Source: a virus. From it: a stretch of 64,000 bases of DNA. The stretch is from positions 1-64,000 of the IMG/VR virus record IMGVR_UViG_3300027861_000018; one strand, written 5' to 3'. Below, piece by piece: positions 1-9,111 of the stretch. Positions within the stretch are counted from its first letter, which is position 1. Every line of letters starts with the position of its first letter. The notes below the pieces were generated by a model. It was not told where the DNA came from, did no database searches, and worked only from the letters and a program-made list of their open reading frames with translations. The position numbers and the translations under genes are program-made.

Positions 1-158
1 TCCACGGAGCTGACTGCGTGGACATGGGATTCAGCTTCACCTCCTGGCTCCACATACACCAACATCACCGCACAGCCGTGAATCACGGAATCAGGAGGCA
101 TCCCGAGGATGGCGCGAGCCAGCTGCACTTCTGGCCTGATCGCATCGTCATCGCCCAT
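1..158 (-). CDS. hypothetical protein, partial (runs off the left edge)
   Basis: Frame from ATG 158 (MGDDDAIRPEVQLARAILG...) is open to position 1 and overlaps the end of the upstream gene; not in the ORF track. Confidence 0.4.
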   Translation of the reverse strand, partial: MGDDDAIRPEVQLARAILGMPPDSVIHGCAVMLVYVEPGGEAESHVHAVSSV

Positions 159-1131
159 CGATGTGGGCCTGCTCTTCAGAGTCCAGGATGGCTGTGCTTG
201 CTTCCAAGGACATCGCCCAGTCGCCATCCGTTGCTGGCGGCGCATCGTCATCGTCACTGCCGCTGGCGGCGGTCAGGGCGTCATCCTCGGCTGGGTGATA
301 GACCAGGGTGAGGTGGCCTGTGGGCTCCCCCTCCACAGAGCTCACCGGGCAGCTGAAGTCCACCTCAACCTTGAGGTGAGTTGGGCAGAAAGCTGTGAGG
401 TCGTTGATGAGGGTTGTCAGCTCATCTTCATCATCGCCCATGTAAGCATCCATCGCGTCATTGCGTATCGTGGCCAGCACCATATCCCGAGGCTTGTCTG
501 CATGGTGCATGACCATCTGCGGCCAATCCAACCTGATGCTGGTGCCTTCTGCCACAAGCTCTCGTAAGCGAAGATGCATCGCGGTATACACCTGGAGCAT
601 CGAGTTGTAGCTGAACACCTGGCCTCTGTGGTGAAGCGCGGTATCTTCCACGCCTTGGACGCCATCCTTCACGATGTCCTGAAGGTTGACCTCTGAGATC
701 AACTGGAAGCCGTCAGCCAAGACCATGTGATACACGAGGTCGCCAGTTGGGATGCCCTCCATGTCGTCACGATGGCGGCCGATGCGCTGGAAGCCCAAGT
801 CAGCCATCGCGCTGTCGAGTGCGCCCAGGAGCATCGGCACGCCAAGCGTCGGCTCTCGCAACGTCTCAATCACCGGAGCTTCACCAGGGGCACTGGGTGC
901 TTGGGCCCTGATGACGAGGCCGCCAGGAGCGACCTGGAACTGGACGCCATCCTTGCGCGGCACATTGGGGTTGCCTGGCTCGGTCGGGATGATGGCGATG
1001 ATGTCTTGACCGCTGTACCGGCACTTTTTGCCGGTTGGCAAGGCCACGATGTTCATGACATCAACAAGGGTGTCTGACTCCTTCTTAGGGGCAGAGGCGA
1101 GTGTGGCAAGGGTGAGAGGGTCAAAGGTCAT
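148..1131 (-). CDS. hypothetical protein, acidic C-terminus
   Basis: Long ORF; start moved to ATG 1131 behind GGAG; no recognisable family. Confidence 0.7.
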   Translation of the reverse strand: MTFDPLTLATLASAPKKESDTLVDVMNIVALPTGKKCRYSGQDIIAIIPTEPGNPNVPRKDGVQFQVAPGGLVIRAQAPSAPGEAPVIETLREPTLGVPMLLGALDSAMADLGFQRIGRHRDDMEGIPTGDLVYHMVLADGFQLISEVNLQDIVKDGVQGVEDTALHHRGQVFSYNSMLQVYTAMHLRLRELVAEGTSIRLDWPQMVMHHADKPRDMVLATIRNDAMDAYMGDDEDELTTLINDLTAFCPTHLKVEVDFSCPVSSVEGEPTGHLTLVYHPAEDDALTAASGSDDDDAPPATDGDWAMSLEASTAILDSEEQAHIDGR

Positions 1132-1260
1132 GGCGTGTTGCTCCAAGTGAAGAGTGCGTTCACCGCCCGCCTGCTGGCGGGTCGGCACGCTCTGCGTGTC
1201 GATAGGGGGTTGCCTGGGTCGTCGCCCAGGCACAGGCTTGCGATGCCTTCTGGCAGGCAA

Positions 1261-1722
1261 CTAGGCAGACCCGGCGCTAGGGGCGATGCAGGCATGAGTC
1301 GCTCTACAGACAGGATGGCCGCAAGGAGAAGGGCGTTGCACAACCCCCATCCAATGGGCGACAAGCACATTGAGGTTGTCATCAACAGGAATCTTGCCAA
1401 AGTGCAAGCACTTTGTCCAAGGACGCGGCAGTTTGAAGGGCAGAGACAAAGTTAGCTCGGACAAGGTGTTGCGCAAAAGCTGGCTGTCAGTGCCACTTGG
1501 GATGCCAATGGCATACAGCATCTCATCAGCTTCCTCGCACTCCAGGTGGTAGCGAACGGCGAGCAAGGGCGCCTTCAAGCGCAAAGGATTGCCGAGCATC
1601 CTGCCCGCATCCCGCATTGATTGCTCCCACCCCAAGACTTCATGCAGCGCAGCCGGGTGCTCATAGGTGCACAGGGTGTGCGTGCGAGCATCGATGGCAC
1701 GTTGAATGGCTTCAGGACTCAT
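1261..1722 (-). CDS. hypothetical protein
   Basis: ORF with GAGGAGG SD before ATG 1722; overlaps the upstream gene end. Confidence 0.6.
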   Translation of the reverse strand: MSPEAIQRAIDARTHTLCTYEHPAALHEVLGWEQSMRDAGRMLGNPLRLKAPLLAVRYHLECEEADEMLYAIGIPSGTDSQLLRNTLSELTLSLPFKLPRPWTKCLHFGKIPVDDNLNVLVAHWMGVVQRPSPCGHPVCRATHACIAPSAGSA

Positions 1723-2224
1723 CGTCATCCTCCTCAAGTGGGTCGCACTCAGAACATTGGCGATATATCAGGTCAGTGTCTATGCGGCCGTCGACGCCTA
1801 AAGCGCCTTTTGACTTAGCATATTCCAAGAATGCCTTGGGAGCAGTGTGCGCCCATCTAACAGCTTGCGCCTTGGCTTGGGCCATCCGTTGGTCGTAACT
1901 CGGCCCAGGGCCGTGGGCATATGTGACCTTGGTGGCGCTTGGGGTGACCTCCCACCCGCACGTGACGCTGTCCCCACTCCAGTTGGCATGGCAGCAATCC
2001 TGACATCCGACAGGGCTGGCGTGGTAATTGATGCCAATGCGCCAAACGCCCTTGGGTTCATATGCTGCTGCCGCGTATGCCTTGGCGACCTGGCGGTGGG
2101 GCTCTTGCGTGAACAACATTCCGCGCCTGGCAGCCACCGCGCCGGTCGGGATGAGGGTGCGCCTGATTCTCGCAGGGAGGTCTGATAACTCCTCCATCCA
2201 GTGTTCGATGCGCAAGATCACCAT
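1712..2224 (-). CDS. hypothetical protein with CxxC motifs
   Basis: Tightly packed ORF; CQDC and CSEC motifs. Confidence 0.6.
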   Translation of the reverse strand: MVILRIEHWMEELSDLPARIRRTLIPTGAVAARRGMLFTQEPHRQVAKAYAAAAYEPKGVWRIGINYHASPVGCQDCCHANWSGDSVTCGWEVTPSATKVTYAHGPGPSYDQRMAQAKAQAVRWAHTAPKAFLEYAKSKGALGVDGRIDTDLIYRQCSECDPLEEDDDES

Positions 2225-2686
2225 TCACTCTAACCACCTTGCGCGCAAGCGCTCCAAAGGGAGTAGTTCCCCTGTGGCCCTTTCAAGGTCAGCCAGTTTG
2301 GCCTGCCTGCGGCTTGCAACCACGAGGTCATCGAAGCGGCGGCGCAAGGATGCCTGCTCTCCAATGTGATGAGCATTCACGCAGGGGATCAATGCTTCAA
2401 AGCTGAGCCTGTCGTCAGGAGTCCACCAGTATGATCGAACTTTCCTCTTGGAGCGCAGGCACACATATGTCAGCATTTGGGTCCACGTATTCACGAGCAG
2501 CCAGCTTGCCGAGTTTGAGCGTTTGATGAGGCGCCGCCTACCAAGGTGGGTGGCGCCAAGTCGTGCATCTGATCCCAGCTTCTCTTGAAGGCAGACCACG
2601 ATTGGCTGACATTCGGGAGAGGGGGACCATGCCCACTCAGGCATCTCATTTTTCAAAAAGCTCATGGTCGGGGTGAATGATGGCAT
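2225..2686 (-). CDS. hypothetical protein
   Basis: TGATG coupling to the HNH gene; abuts the next gene. Confidence 0.6.
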   Translation of the reverse strand: MPSFTPTMSFLKNEMPEWAWSPSPECQPIVVCLQEKLGSDARLGATHLGRRRLIKRSNSASWLLVNTWTQMLTYVCLRSKRKVRSYWWTPDDRLSFEALIPCVNAHHIGEQASLRRRFDDLVVASRRQAKLADLERATGELLPLERLRARWLE

Positions 2687-3204
2687 CAGAAAGGAATCTG
2701 TGATGCCGGAGCCTCGGCTGTCGCAGCTCCACAGGCCGAGCAGAACAGCTCAGCTTGCTCTTGCAGATGCGTCCAGTGGTCGCCGTCCAGCGAATCACCC
2801 CACTGGCGCTTGACCAACCAGTCATGGTGCTCAACCAGAGTCGCCACAGGAACCCCCTCCAGCTTGCCTAGCAAGATGTGGGCAGCTGATCTGTACAGTT
2901 CCAGGTTACGGGCGCGACGGCGGCCGATGCGCTTGCTGACCGCACTGGCGCTCCATCCTCGACTTCTGCACCACGCCGCCAAGGTCGTGTCCTTCTTGCT
3001 GATATTGCAGTCATAGCAACAAGTGATAAGATTCACATGGTCGGACGTGCCACCCCTCTGGCGCGAACGCACGTGATCAACGGTCAAGAAGTTGTTCCCT
3101 GCCTTTCTGATCAACTCCTGGATTGACACCCGGCAGTAAATGCACCGCATGTCGTCGCGCACATATATGGCCCATCTGGTTGCGGGGCGCAGCCACTGCG
3201 GCAT
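2686..3204 (-). CDS. HNH endonuclease (McrA/HNH-type, Zn-binding)
   Basis: RDDMRCIYC...LTVDHVRSRQRGG...NLITCCYDCNISK; AGGAGG SD before ATG 3204. Confidence 0.85.
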   Translation of the reverse strand: MPQWLRPATRWAIYVRDDMRCIYCRVSIQELIRKAGNNFLTVDHVRSRQRGGTSDHVNLITCCYDCNISKKDTTLAAWCRSRGWSASAVSKRIGRRRARNLELYRSAAHILLGKLEGVPVATLVEHHDWLVKRQWGDSLDGDHWTHLQEQAELFCSACGAATAEAPASQIPF

Positions 3205-3214
3205 CACACACCTC

Positions 3215-3580
3215 CTATCGCGGCAGCGATGTGCTGGTTGTCCAGTCATGGCGTTCAGCGCCTGTTACGTCAGACAAGCGGCGCTCATCTGCGTCACGGG
3301 TTATGCACATCACCAGAGGCTCCCCATATTGGGAGCCGTGCCTCAAGATATGGCGGCGCCCAATCGCTTGAGCAGAGTTGGCCAGCCAGGCGATGGAGCT
3401 GGCCGCCTCTGGCGCCATGTCCTCCTCTTCTGACAACGTCCAGAAGATGCCCCACTTGTCGCCACGGCTGACGATTGTAAGGCACTCTGGCACTGGCTCT
3501 GGGATGGGAGGGCTTGTAGTCGAGGCGCGTTGATTGATTGGGATGAAGACGCCAAAGTGTGTGATTGTTTCAGCACTCAT
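3215..3580 (-). CDS. hypothetical protein
   Basis: ATGA overlap with the MazG-like gene. Confidence 0.55.
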   Translation of the reverse strand: MSAETITHFGVFIPINQRASTTSPPIPEPVPECLTIVSRGDKWGIFWTLSEEEDMAPEAASSIAWLANSAQAIGRRHILRHGSQYGEPLVMCITRDADERRLSDVTGAERHDWTTSTSLPR

Positions 3581-4230
3581 GAGCACGCATCACACACATA
3601 CTTGTCGCCTGATGCCCGATAAGCAATGGCGCCAACCGTCGTCAGGTCGGCGTCGCACGTGGCGCAAAGCTCAGGGGAGGGGCCGAAGACGCCAGCGCCG
3701 GTGCCCTTGATGTTATCCGCCTTCCAGTCGCGCTTTGCAACGATGCCATCCCACACAGCCGCCAGCGTGAGCCCTGCTGTCGTTCCCAAGCTCAGCGCCA
3801 TCAGCTCCATTGCCCCGATGACGCCACCAAGGCTCGCCACCTCGGCCGCAGCGTGATCTTCATCTGCGCGTATGCCTTGAGCCGCCTTTAGCCGGGCGTG
3901 AGCCAAGCGCCCCAGCGACGATACGCCCAGGCGCAACGCGCTGGCCTCTAGTTGGGCAGGGGATGGCGTGAGCATGTTGACGCACAGCTTCGCTTCAGCC
4001 ACGCTTGAGCGACCGATCACGCTTGCGTCCAGCGACAGGATGGAAGCGTGGTGGATGGCGTAGATGAGGACATCGCCAACCGCATCCGCCTTGTCGGCCG
4101 AGGTCTTGGCAGATGCCAACTCGCCCAATTCCTCCACCATTCCCTGAAGCGTCTGGTCAGCTGTGGTGTCAGGGAAATTGTGTGCCGCCCATATGCGGTG
4201 TTCAGTTTGGACGCGCTTGAAAGAGATCAC
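3577..4230 (-). CDS. MazG-like NTP pyrophosphohydrolase with C-terminal Zn ribbon
   Basis: GMVEELGELA...DAVGDVLIY (EExxE...D MazG motif); CATC...CDAC at the C-terminus. Confidence 0.8.
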   Translation of the reverse strand: MISFKRVQTEHRIWAAHNFPDTTADQTLQGMVEELGELASAKTSADKADAVGDVLIYAIHHASILSLDASVIGRSSVAEAKLCVNMLTPSPAQLEASALRLGVSSLGRLAHARLKAAQGIRADEDHAAAEVASLGGVIGAMELMALSLGTTAGLTLAAVWDGIVAKRDWKADNIKGTGAGVFGPSPELCATCDADLTTVGAIAYRASGDKYVCDACS

Positions 4231-4248
4231 GGCTCACTCCTTGATGAC

Positions 4249-4563
4249 CTATGCTTCCCAGCCAGGGAGCCAAAGCGCCCCTTGCCCGGGTTTGAAGATA
4301 TGGGATTGCCCCGAACAGAGCAAAGTGGACTTTGTCGGCAGGTCCTTTATCCCTACGCGATCACTGCCCTGCCACACGAGCAACCACCCATTGGGCGGCA
4401 CAACGCACTCAGATGAGTCCTTGCCCTCAAGGAGGGGTCCGACCGGGTGTGCCTTTATCTCACAGCCCATCAGGTGAGCCATGACAGCGCAGTCTGTCTT
4501 TGGAACATCCTCTTCATCCGTGTACCAACATTCCAACGGCAGTATGATGACAGGCAGTGACAT
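4249..4563 (-). CDS. hypothetical protein
   Basis: 104-aa ORF filling the gap between genes. Confidence 0.5.
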   Translation of the reverse strand: MSLPVIILPLECWYTDEEDVPKTDCAVMAHLMGCEIKAHPVGPLLEGKDSSECVVPPNGWLLVWQGSDRVGIKDLPTKSTLLCSGQSHIFKPGQGALWLPGWEA

Positions 4564-4566
4564 ATT

Positions 4567-4575
4567 ACCCTACAG
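4567..4575 (-). promoter_or_regulatory. class B motif CTGTAGRGT (putative promoter element)
   Basis: Exact copy of a 9-mer that recurs at gene junctions (see findings). Confidence 0.5.
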
Positions 4576-4610
4576 ATGACGGGGCGCCGTGCGACCCTGG
4601 CTGAACCTAA

Positions 4611-4811
4611 CTAGCAGAAACGGACTGAATCGCCGTCGCCGGAATAGGTGATTGCTGCGCCCGCGTTGCTCATGGTGTCGCCGAGGCGCAGCACTGAGCG
4701 CCTTGACTTGTCTTGGGTCGTGACCTTGTTGCCCTGGATGCGGCCACCGGCAAGATGGGCGATGGCCCGGGCCGCAGCCCGCGCTTGGCGTCGATAGTCT
4801 CGAATGCTCAT
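4611..4811 (-). CDS. small basic hypothetical protein
   Basis: GGAG SD; directly downstream of a class A promoter. Confidence 0.6.
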   Translation of the reverse strand: MSIRDYRRQARAAARAIAHLAGGRIQGNKVTTQDKSRRSVLRLGDTMSNAGAAITYSGDGDSVRFC

Positions 4812-4839
4812 GGTGTGCTCCAGGGCTTGTCTGTCAGCT

Positions 4840-4884
4840 AGCTTAACTGTATCGGCCGCTCTAGTCTACAGACTTTTTGCTTTT
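4840..4884 (-). promoter_or_regulatory. class A sigma70-like promoter (A-tract, TAGACT-17-TAAGCT)
   Basis: -35 at 4863-4868, -10 at 4840-4845, 17-nt spacer, upstream A-tracts; same layout at three other sites. Confidence 0.55.
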
Positions 4885-4971
4885 ATCCAAGGAAATTGGG
4901 AGCAGTGAGGGCTGTGATCACAAAAAATGCCCCGCCAAGGTGACCCTTGACAGGGTGGCGCCACTCCATGA

Positions 4972-5400
4972 CTAGCTTTTGAGCCCGCCCAAGGAGCCCG
5001 ACACAACGCCGGTCAAGAATGCCGCGCCCAATGCGCTCAGCACAATGCCCAACTTGGTAAACCAAGCCCGCACAGCCCGCCTGCCGCCAATCTCGTCACG
5101 CTCCATCGCTGTGAGGATGGCGTGACTGGTCCGGGCATCAGCCACGTCCAGTTGGCTGATCTTGCCATCAGCCAATTGGCTGATCTGGACCAAGGCAATG
5201 TGCAGCCCCTCTGGGCCGTGCTGCTGTACAGCCTGTGCCGCAACGTCCAATGCCAATGCCTGCCACGTATTGGTGGCTTCACCGGCCAACTCTCGCAACT
5301 CAGCTGCAGCTCTCTCGGCAGCAGGGTCCTCCATCTGGTGCAGAGCTGCCAGGAGCAGTGTCAATGCCGCAGGTGGCGGTGCGTCGTCAGGCATGCTCAT
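4972..5400 (-). CDS. hypothetical protein with C-terminal transmembrane helix
   Basis: Ends LGIVLSALGAAFLTGVVSGSLGG; ATGA-coupled to the upstream gene. Confidence 0.7.
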   Translation of the reverse strand: MSMPDDAPPPAALTLLLAALHQMEDPAAERAAAELRELAGEATNTWQALALDVAAQAVQQHGPEGLHIALVQISQLADGKISQLDVADARTSHAILTAMERDEIGGRRAVRAWFTKLGIVLSALGAAFLTGVVSGSLGGLKS

Positions 5401-6158
5401 TCCTCCTCAAGAGTGTCTGATGGTTCGACCGTGACAGCCGGTATATCAGACACTACAGCTTCAGGCTCCGCTTCAGGACAAAGCGTGGTGGCGGCAGGGA
5501 TGGGGGCAGGGTCCCCAGGGTCTGCCCCGAGGTCTGCGAGGTGGAGCATCATCGCATAGCGCCAGGCGGTGGCGTGTTGGCCGATGAGCAACTGCTCGGC
5601 ATACACCAGACAGCCTTCATGATCATCAGCGGCGGTCGCTGTGTCCATGGCTCGTTGGAATGCGGCGATGCTCTCTTGATTGCGCGCCTCCAACCAGGCC
5701 ACCTGATTGGAGTAGACAGTCGCATCACGCAAGACCAGCTGCTTCATGCAGCCACCACCGAACGCGCTGGCGGCGATGGCAAACAGCGCGATGAGGGTGG
5801 TGGTCGTGGGCGCCTTGGCCTTTGGCTGAGGCGCTGGGGCAGGCTCGGCAGGTGGTGGCTGGGCGGGTTGGACGAGCTTTAACAGCTCTCGCATCTGGCT
5901 GTGACCGAAGACAGCCATGGCGCCAGCGGCCAAACCTTCCATCGCCACAGACCACTGGAAAGCGTCATCAATCACAAGGGTGCCGTCGAAAGCCGCCAAC
6001 GCTGCCTGGCTGCCCGTGGCGAGCAGAACCGCCACCATCGGTAGCGCGATGCGCAGCTTGGGCTTGTCCACTAGGTTGACGAAGTAGCCGACCACGCTGG
6101 TCAACGCCCAAGTGAGCAAGACCACGATTGGGTCAGTAACGTCAAGGGGAATGTCCAT
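5397..6158 (-). CDS. membrane protein: holin-like N-terminus, Pro linker, internal lipobox-like segment
   Basis: About three hydrophobic helices, then PAQPPPAEPAPAP, then LIALFAIAASAFGGG-C; GGAGG SD. Confidence 0.6.
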   Translation of the reverse strand: MDIPLDVTDPIVVLLTWALTSVVGYFVNLVDKPKLRIALPMVAVLLATGSQAALAAFDGTLVIDDAFQWSVAMEGLAAGAMAVFGHSQMRELLKLVQPAQPPPAEPAPAPQPKAKAPTTTTLIALFAIAASAFGGGCMKQLVLRDATVYSNQVAWLEARNQESIAAFQRAMDTATAADDHEGCLVYAEQLLIGQHATAWRYAMMLHLADLGADPGDPAPIPAATTLCPEAEPEAVVSDIPAVTVEPSDTLEEE

Positions 6159-6248
6159 GAGACCTCCGGTGTCTGCGCTGTTTGGTGCGCAGTCCGTCCA
6201 TCGAAATCATAGCCCCTCTCACATCCAAAGTCGAGGGCGCAACCTCAT

Positions 6249-6671
6249 TCAGGCGCTGCGCCCATACACTCTGTCCAGGAGGCGCTTGCGCTCTGCTGCC
6301 CTCACTGCGGGCACGAGGGTGTCAGCGGTGTCTCGCATCAGGGTCGCTACAATGCGGACAACGGCGGCTGAATCCCTTTCTCCGCCATCATCCTGCACGC
6401 GATCAATCCATGTGTCACGGATGTGACAGAGGGCGATGGTCCGCACGTCACTGGCGCCCATCATCCCCTGACGCACAATGCTCCCAAGTTGGGCATTGAT
6501 CCAGGCATAGCCAGGAGCGCCATGGATGTCTCCATCCGGCACAGCAGTTAATGCCGCTTCATTCTCCAGCTGACTAGCTGATATGCGCAGGAAGGTGCGC
6601 AGCTCTGCTACGTCAGCCTGAATCTGATTGGACAGCTTTGCCGCCAATGCGTCCACGTATCTCATGGTCAT
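6249..6671 (-). CDS. hypothetical protein
   Basis: ATGA overlap; GGAG SD. Confidence 0.6.
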   Translation of the reverse strand: MTMRYVDALAAKLSNQIQADVAELRTFLRISASQLENEAALTAVPDGDIHGAPGYAWINAQLGSIVRQGMMGASDVRTIALCHIRDTWIDRVQDDGGERDSAAVVRIVATLMRDTADTLVPAVRAAERKRLLDRVYGRSA

Positions 6672-6964
6672 TCTCTCCAGTAATAGTGCGGGGGAGTGAC
6701 GAGACGGTGCGCCAGGTCTGCGTGCCACTGTGGCCAATCTATGCACATCCACCTCTCGCCATCGATTCTGAATCCTGGGATGTGTGACCGTTCCTTCAGG
6801 TCACCGAGGGCACCAAGGAGCCACTGGGCATTTTCATTGCGAGCCGGTGTGCGCGCCATGAGATGCGGCTCAGCATAGACTTCAGCGACTGCGGACACCC
6901 TGGCGATGGCGATGTCAATTGCCTCCTGGAAGGTCGACAACTCATCGCGAAAGATGGTGTCCAT
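6668..6964 (-). CDS. hypothetical protein (frame open upstream to 7192)
   Basis: GAGG SD before ATG 6964; start uncertain. Confidence 0.55.
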   Translation of the reverse strand: MDTIFRDELSTFQEAIDIAIARVSAVAEVYAEPHLMARTPARNENAQWLLGALGDLKERSHIPGFRIDGERWMCIDWPQWHADLAHRLVTPPHYYWRE

Positions 6965-7195
6965 GATGCCCTCTTGGGCCTTCCAAATCTCCGACCACCG
7001 TGTCAAGCCAGCCGTGATCTCAGAGCGGCGGGGATATCTGTGGGCGTGTCTGAAGTGCCACTTGCCCCCCGACTTCCACGCCCAACACGCTCGCGCGGAC
7101 CTGATGCCTTGCGAAGCGCGGCGGTGCCGCGCCTGCCAATCACCTTCATTCCCCGCAGTGCGTCGATAAATGCGTGGCCAGACACGGGGCAAGGG

Positions 7196-7432
7196 TTATC
7201 CCTTGTCCGGGACGATGCCAAAAACGCCTTCAATGACGCCAATGTCATCTTCTGAAAGATGGCCCGACGTGTTCACGATTGCCGCCAACAGAAGTGCCGT
7301 GCGATGGGTGCACGCCCCGCTTGCGGCATATGAACCCTCCTTTGAATGGTTCAGCTCCAATTTGAACAAGACAAGCCCATCCCGCTTGGCGTCACGCCTT
7401 GCTTTGCCAGTCCACGCAGGCGCAGCCATCAC
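7196..7432 (-). CDS. hypothetical protein
   Basis: GTGA overlap with the exonuclease gene; GGAGG SD. Confidence 0.55.
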   Translation of the reverse strand: MMAAPAWTGKARRDAKRDGLVLFKLELNHSKEGSYAASGACTHRTALLLAAIVNTSGHLSEDDIGVIEGVFGIVPDKG

Positions 7433-8145
7433 AACACCTCCCTTGGCATTTCGACACGCCCTTGAGACGGGCTCTCAAGCCACCCGTGTTCCCAAGCAAA
7501 GGCATACAGGATCAGCGTCAGCGCCACATCGCCAATGCAATAGCTGCCTACCTCGGAATACCGGCCCTGTTGCCACGCCTTGATGACCTTGGCGCCATCA
7601 AAGCCAGCCATCTTCCCTGTCCAGGCGCCCAGCGTCGCCTTGGCGACAGCATCAAGACCAAATCCGGCATTGATCCACCCGTGAGCGCTGCGACCAATCC
7701 GTGGCGCCATGGACATCCAATCCTCAGGCACTCCTGTCTCCAGCACAGCAGGGTCCGTTCCTGTCTTCAACAGAGCCATGATTGCCATCAAGTCCACACA
7801 CTTCTTGGCCATGATGACCTCACCCAGCCTGGGGATGCCGTTGACCACCACCGGGTTGTCGAAGCCCGCGCCATTCCAGCTGATGATGCCTTCAGCGCGG
7901 CTGAACTGCTTGGCCATCCAATGCTCGGTGAGGATCACGCGAGGCAAGCGCGTGGTGTCACACAGTCCCAGCATGGGAGCGATGTCCCCAGTATTCCAGA
8001 ATGCGATGGTGCTGATGCCCACGCGCCCTTTCTTGACCGCATTCCAATTGAGCCGCCCATCGCCTTGTTTGGGGATGTCCCCGCCAAGCTCGATGTCATA
8101 GGCTGTTCGATTGGGGATATCATCTGGAAAGAATGGGTGTGTCAT
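7429..8145 (-). CDS. DEDDy 3'-5' exonuclease (RNase H-like fold)
   Basis: ExoI AYDIE, ExoII WNGAGFD, GLDAVAKATLG, ExoIII YCIGDV. Confidence 0.85.
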   Translation of the reverse strand: MTHPFFPDDIPNRTAYDIELGGDIPKQGDGRLNWNAVKKGRVGISTIAFWNTGDIAPMLGLCDTTRLPRVILTEHWMAKQFSRAEGIISWNGAGFDNPVVVNGIPRLGEVIMAKKCVDLMAIMALLKTGTDPAVLETGVPEDWMSMAPRIGRSAHGWINAGFGLDAVAKATLGAWTGKMAGFDGAKVIKAWQQGRYSEVGSYCIGDVALTLILYAFAWEHGWLESPSQGRVEMPREVL

Positions 8146-8179
8146 TTGACTACCTTGTAGCGATTGCGCAACACCTCTA

Positions 8180-8188
8180 ACCCTACAG
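8180..8188 (-). promoter_or_regulatory. class B motif CTGTAGRGT
   Basis: Intergenic, 34 nt upstream of the exonuclease start. Confidence 0.55.
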
Positions 8189-8266
8189 GCGTCCGCATTG
8201 AAAGCAAAAGCAGAGCATAGCATGGGCCGCAAACTTGCTAGGGTGGGGCTTGCACGTCTTCAGCCG

Positions 8267-9094
8267 TCAGGACAAGAAGCGACGGCGCAAGGCATCAAGG
8301 CTTGTGCTCTGCTTGCTCTCCTGCTTGCTAGGCGTGGCTGGTGGCCCGACATCAGGGGTAGGCTCAAGCGGTAGGGGTGCGGCGGCAGGAACAGGCGGTG
8401 AGCGAAAGGCTGAGCCTGAGAAGAGGGGGGCAGGGGCGGGCGCCCTTGATGCAGGCTGCCAGGCATCCAGCTCTGTTCGCAAGCCATCGCCTGGCACCCC
8501 ATCCACTGTGCGCTTACACCCATCAGCGTACCCTGTACACCCCCAAAACCTGCCCATCCTGCCGTCACGCTCCCGCATTGGCTTGCTGCAGTCAGGACAG
8601 CGAGGCGGGAGCAGTTCATCTTCATCAATGTTGAGTGACCCCTTGCAGCCAGTCTCTTTGAATCGCGAGCAACCCCAAAAGCCTCCGCCGGCGCGCAAAT
8701 CAATCCAGCGCATGGAGCTGTCGCACCGGTAGCACATTGGCACTTGGCCGTACTTGAGGACCCAGGCCTCACGCGTCATAGCGACTGGCGCATCCACGAG
8801 CTGCGGATGCTCGGCCAACCACTTGATAAATGGCGTTTGATTCTTGCGGGCAGGGTTCGGTGCTTGCTGTTTGACGCCGTTGATGGTGCACCCCACCTCT
8901 TGGCCGTCCCGCAGATTGGGGCCGACCATGTGAACGTACACGGGTGCTTTTTTGCAGTGAATAACCACCGCAACCTGGTTCGGCCGCATGGCCATCGAAC
9001 GATTGACGGACGTTATGCACACCTCTGACAAATCAGGATGGGTTGCGAGCTTCCGTATGCGGTCGATGATGACCGCGACCACCAGCGCATCCAT
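8267..9094 (-). CDS. protein with two topoisomerase-type C4 zinc ribbons
   Basis: CYRC...FWGCSRFKETGC and CPDC...RFWGCTGYADGC; GGAGGAGG SD. Confidence 0.8.
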   Translation of the reverse strand: MDALVVAVIIDRIRKLATHPDLSEVCITSVNRSMAMRPNQVAVVIHCKKAPVYVHMVGPNLRDGQEVGCTINGVKQQAPNPARKNQTPFIKWLAEHPQLVDAPVAMTREAWVLKYGQVPMCYRCDSSMRWIDLRAGGGFWGCSRFKETGCKGSLNIDEDELLPPRCPDCSKPMRERDGRMGRFWGCTGYADGCKRTVDGVPGDGLRTELDAWQPASRAPAPAPLFSGSAFRSPPVPAAAPLPLEPTPDVGPPATPSKQESKQSTSLDALRRRFLS

Positions 9095-9111
9095 GCCACC
9101 TCCTCCTTGAA

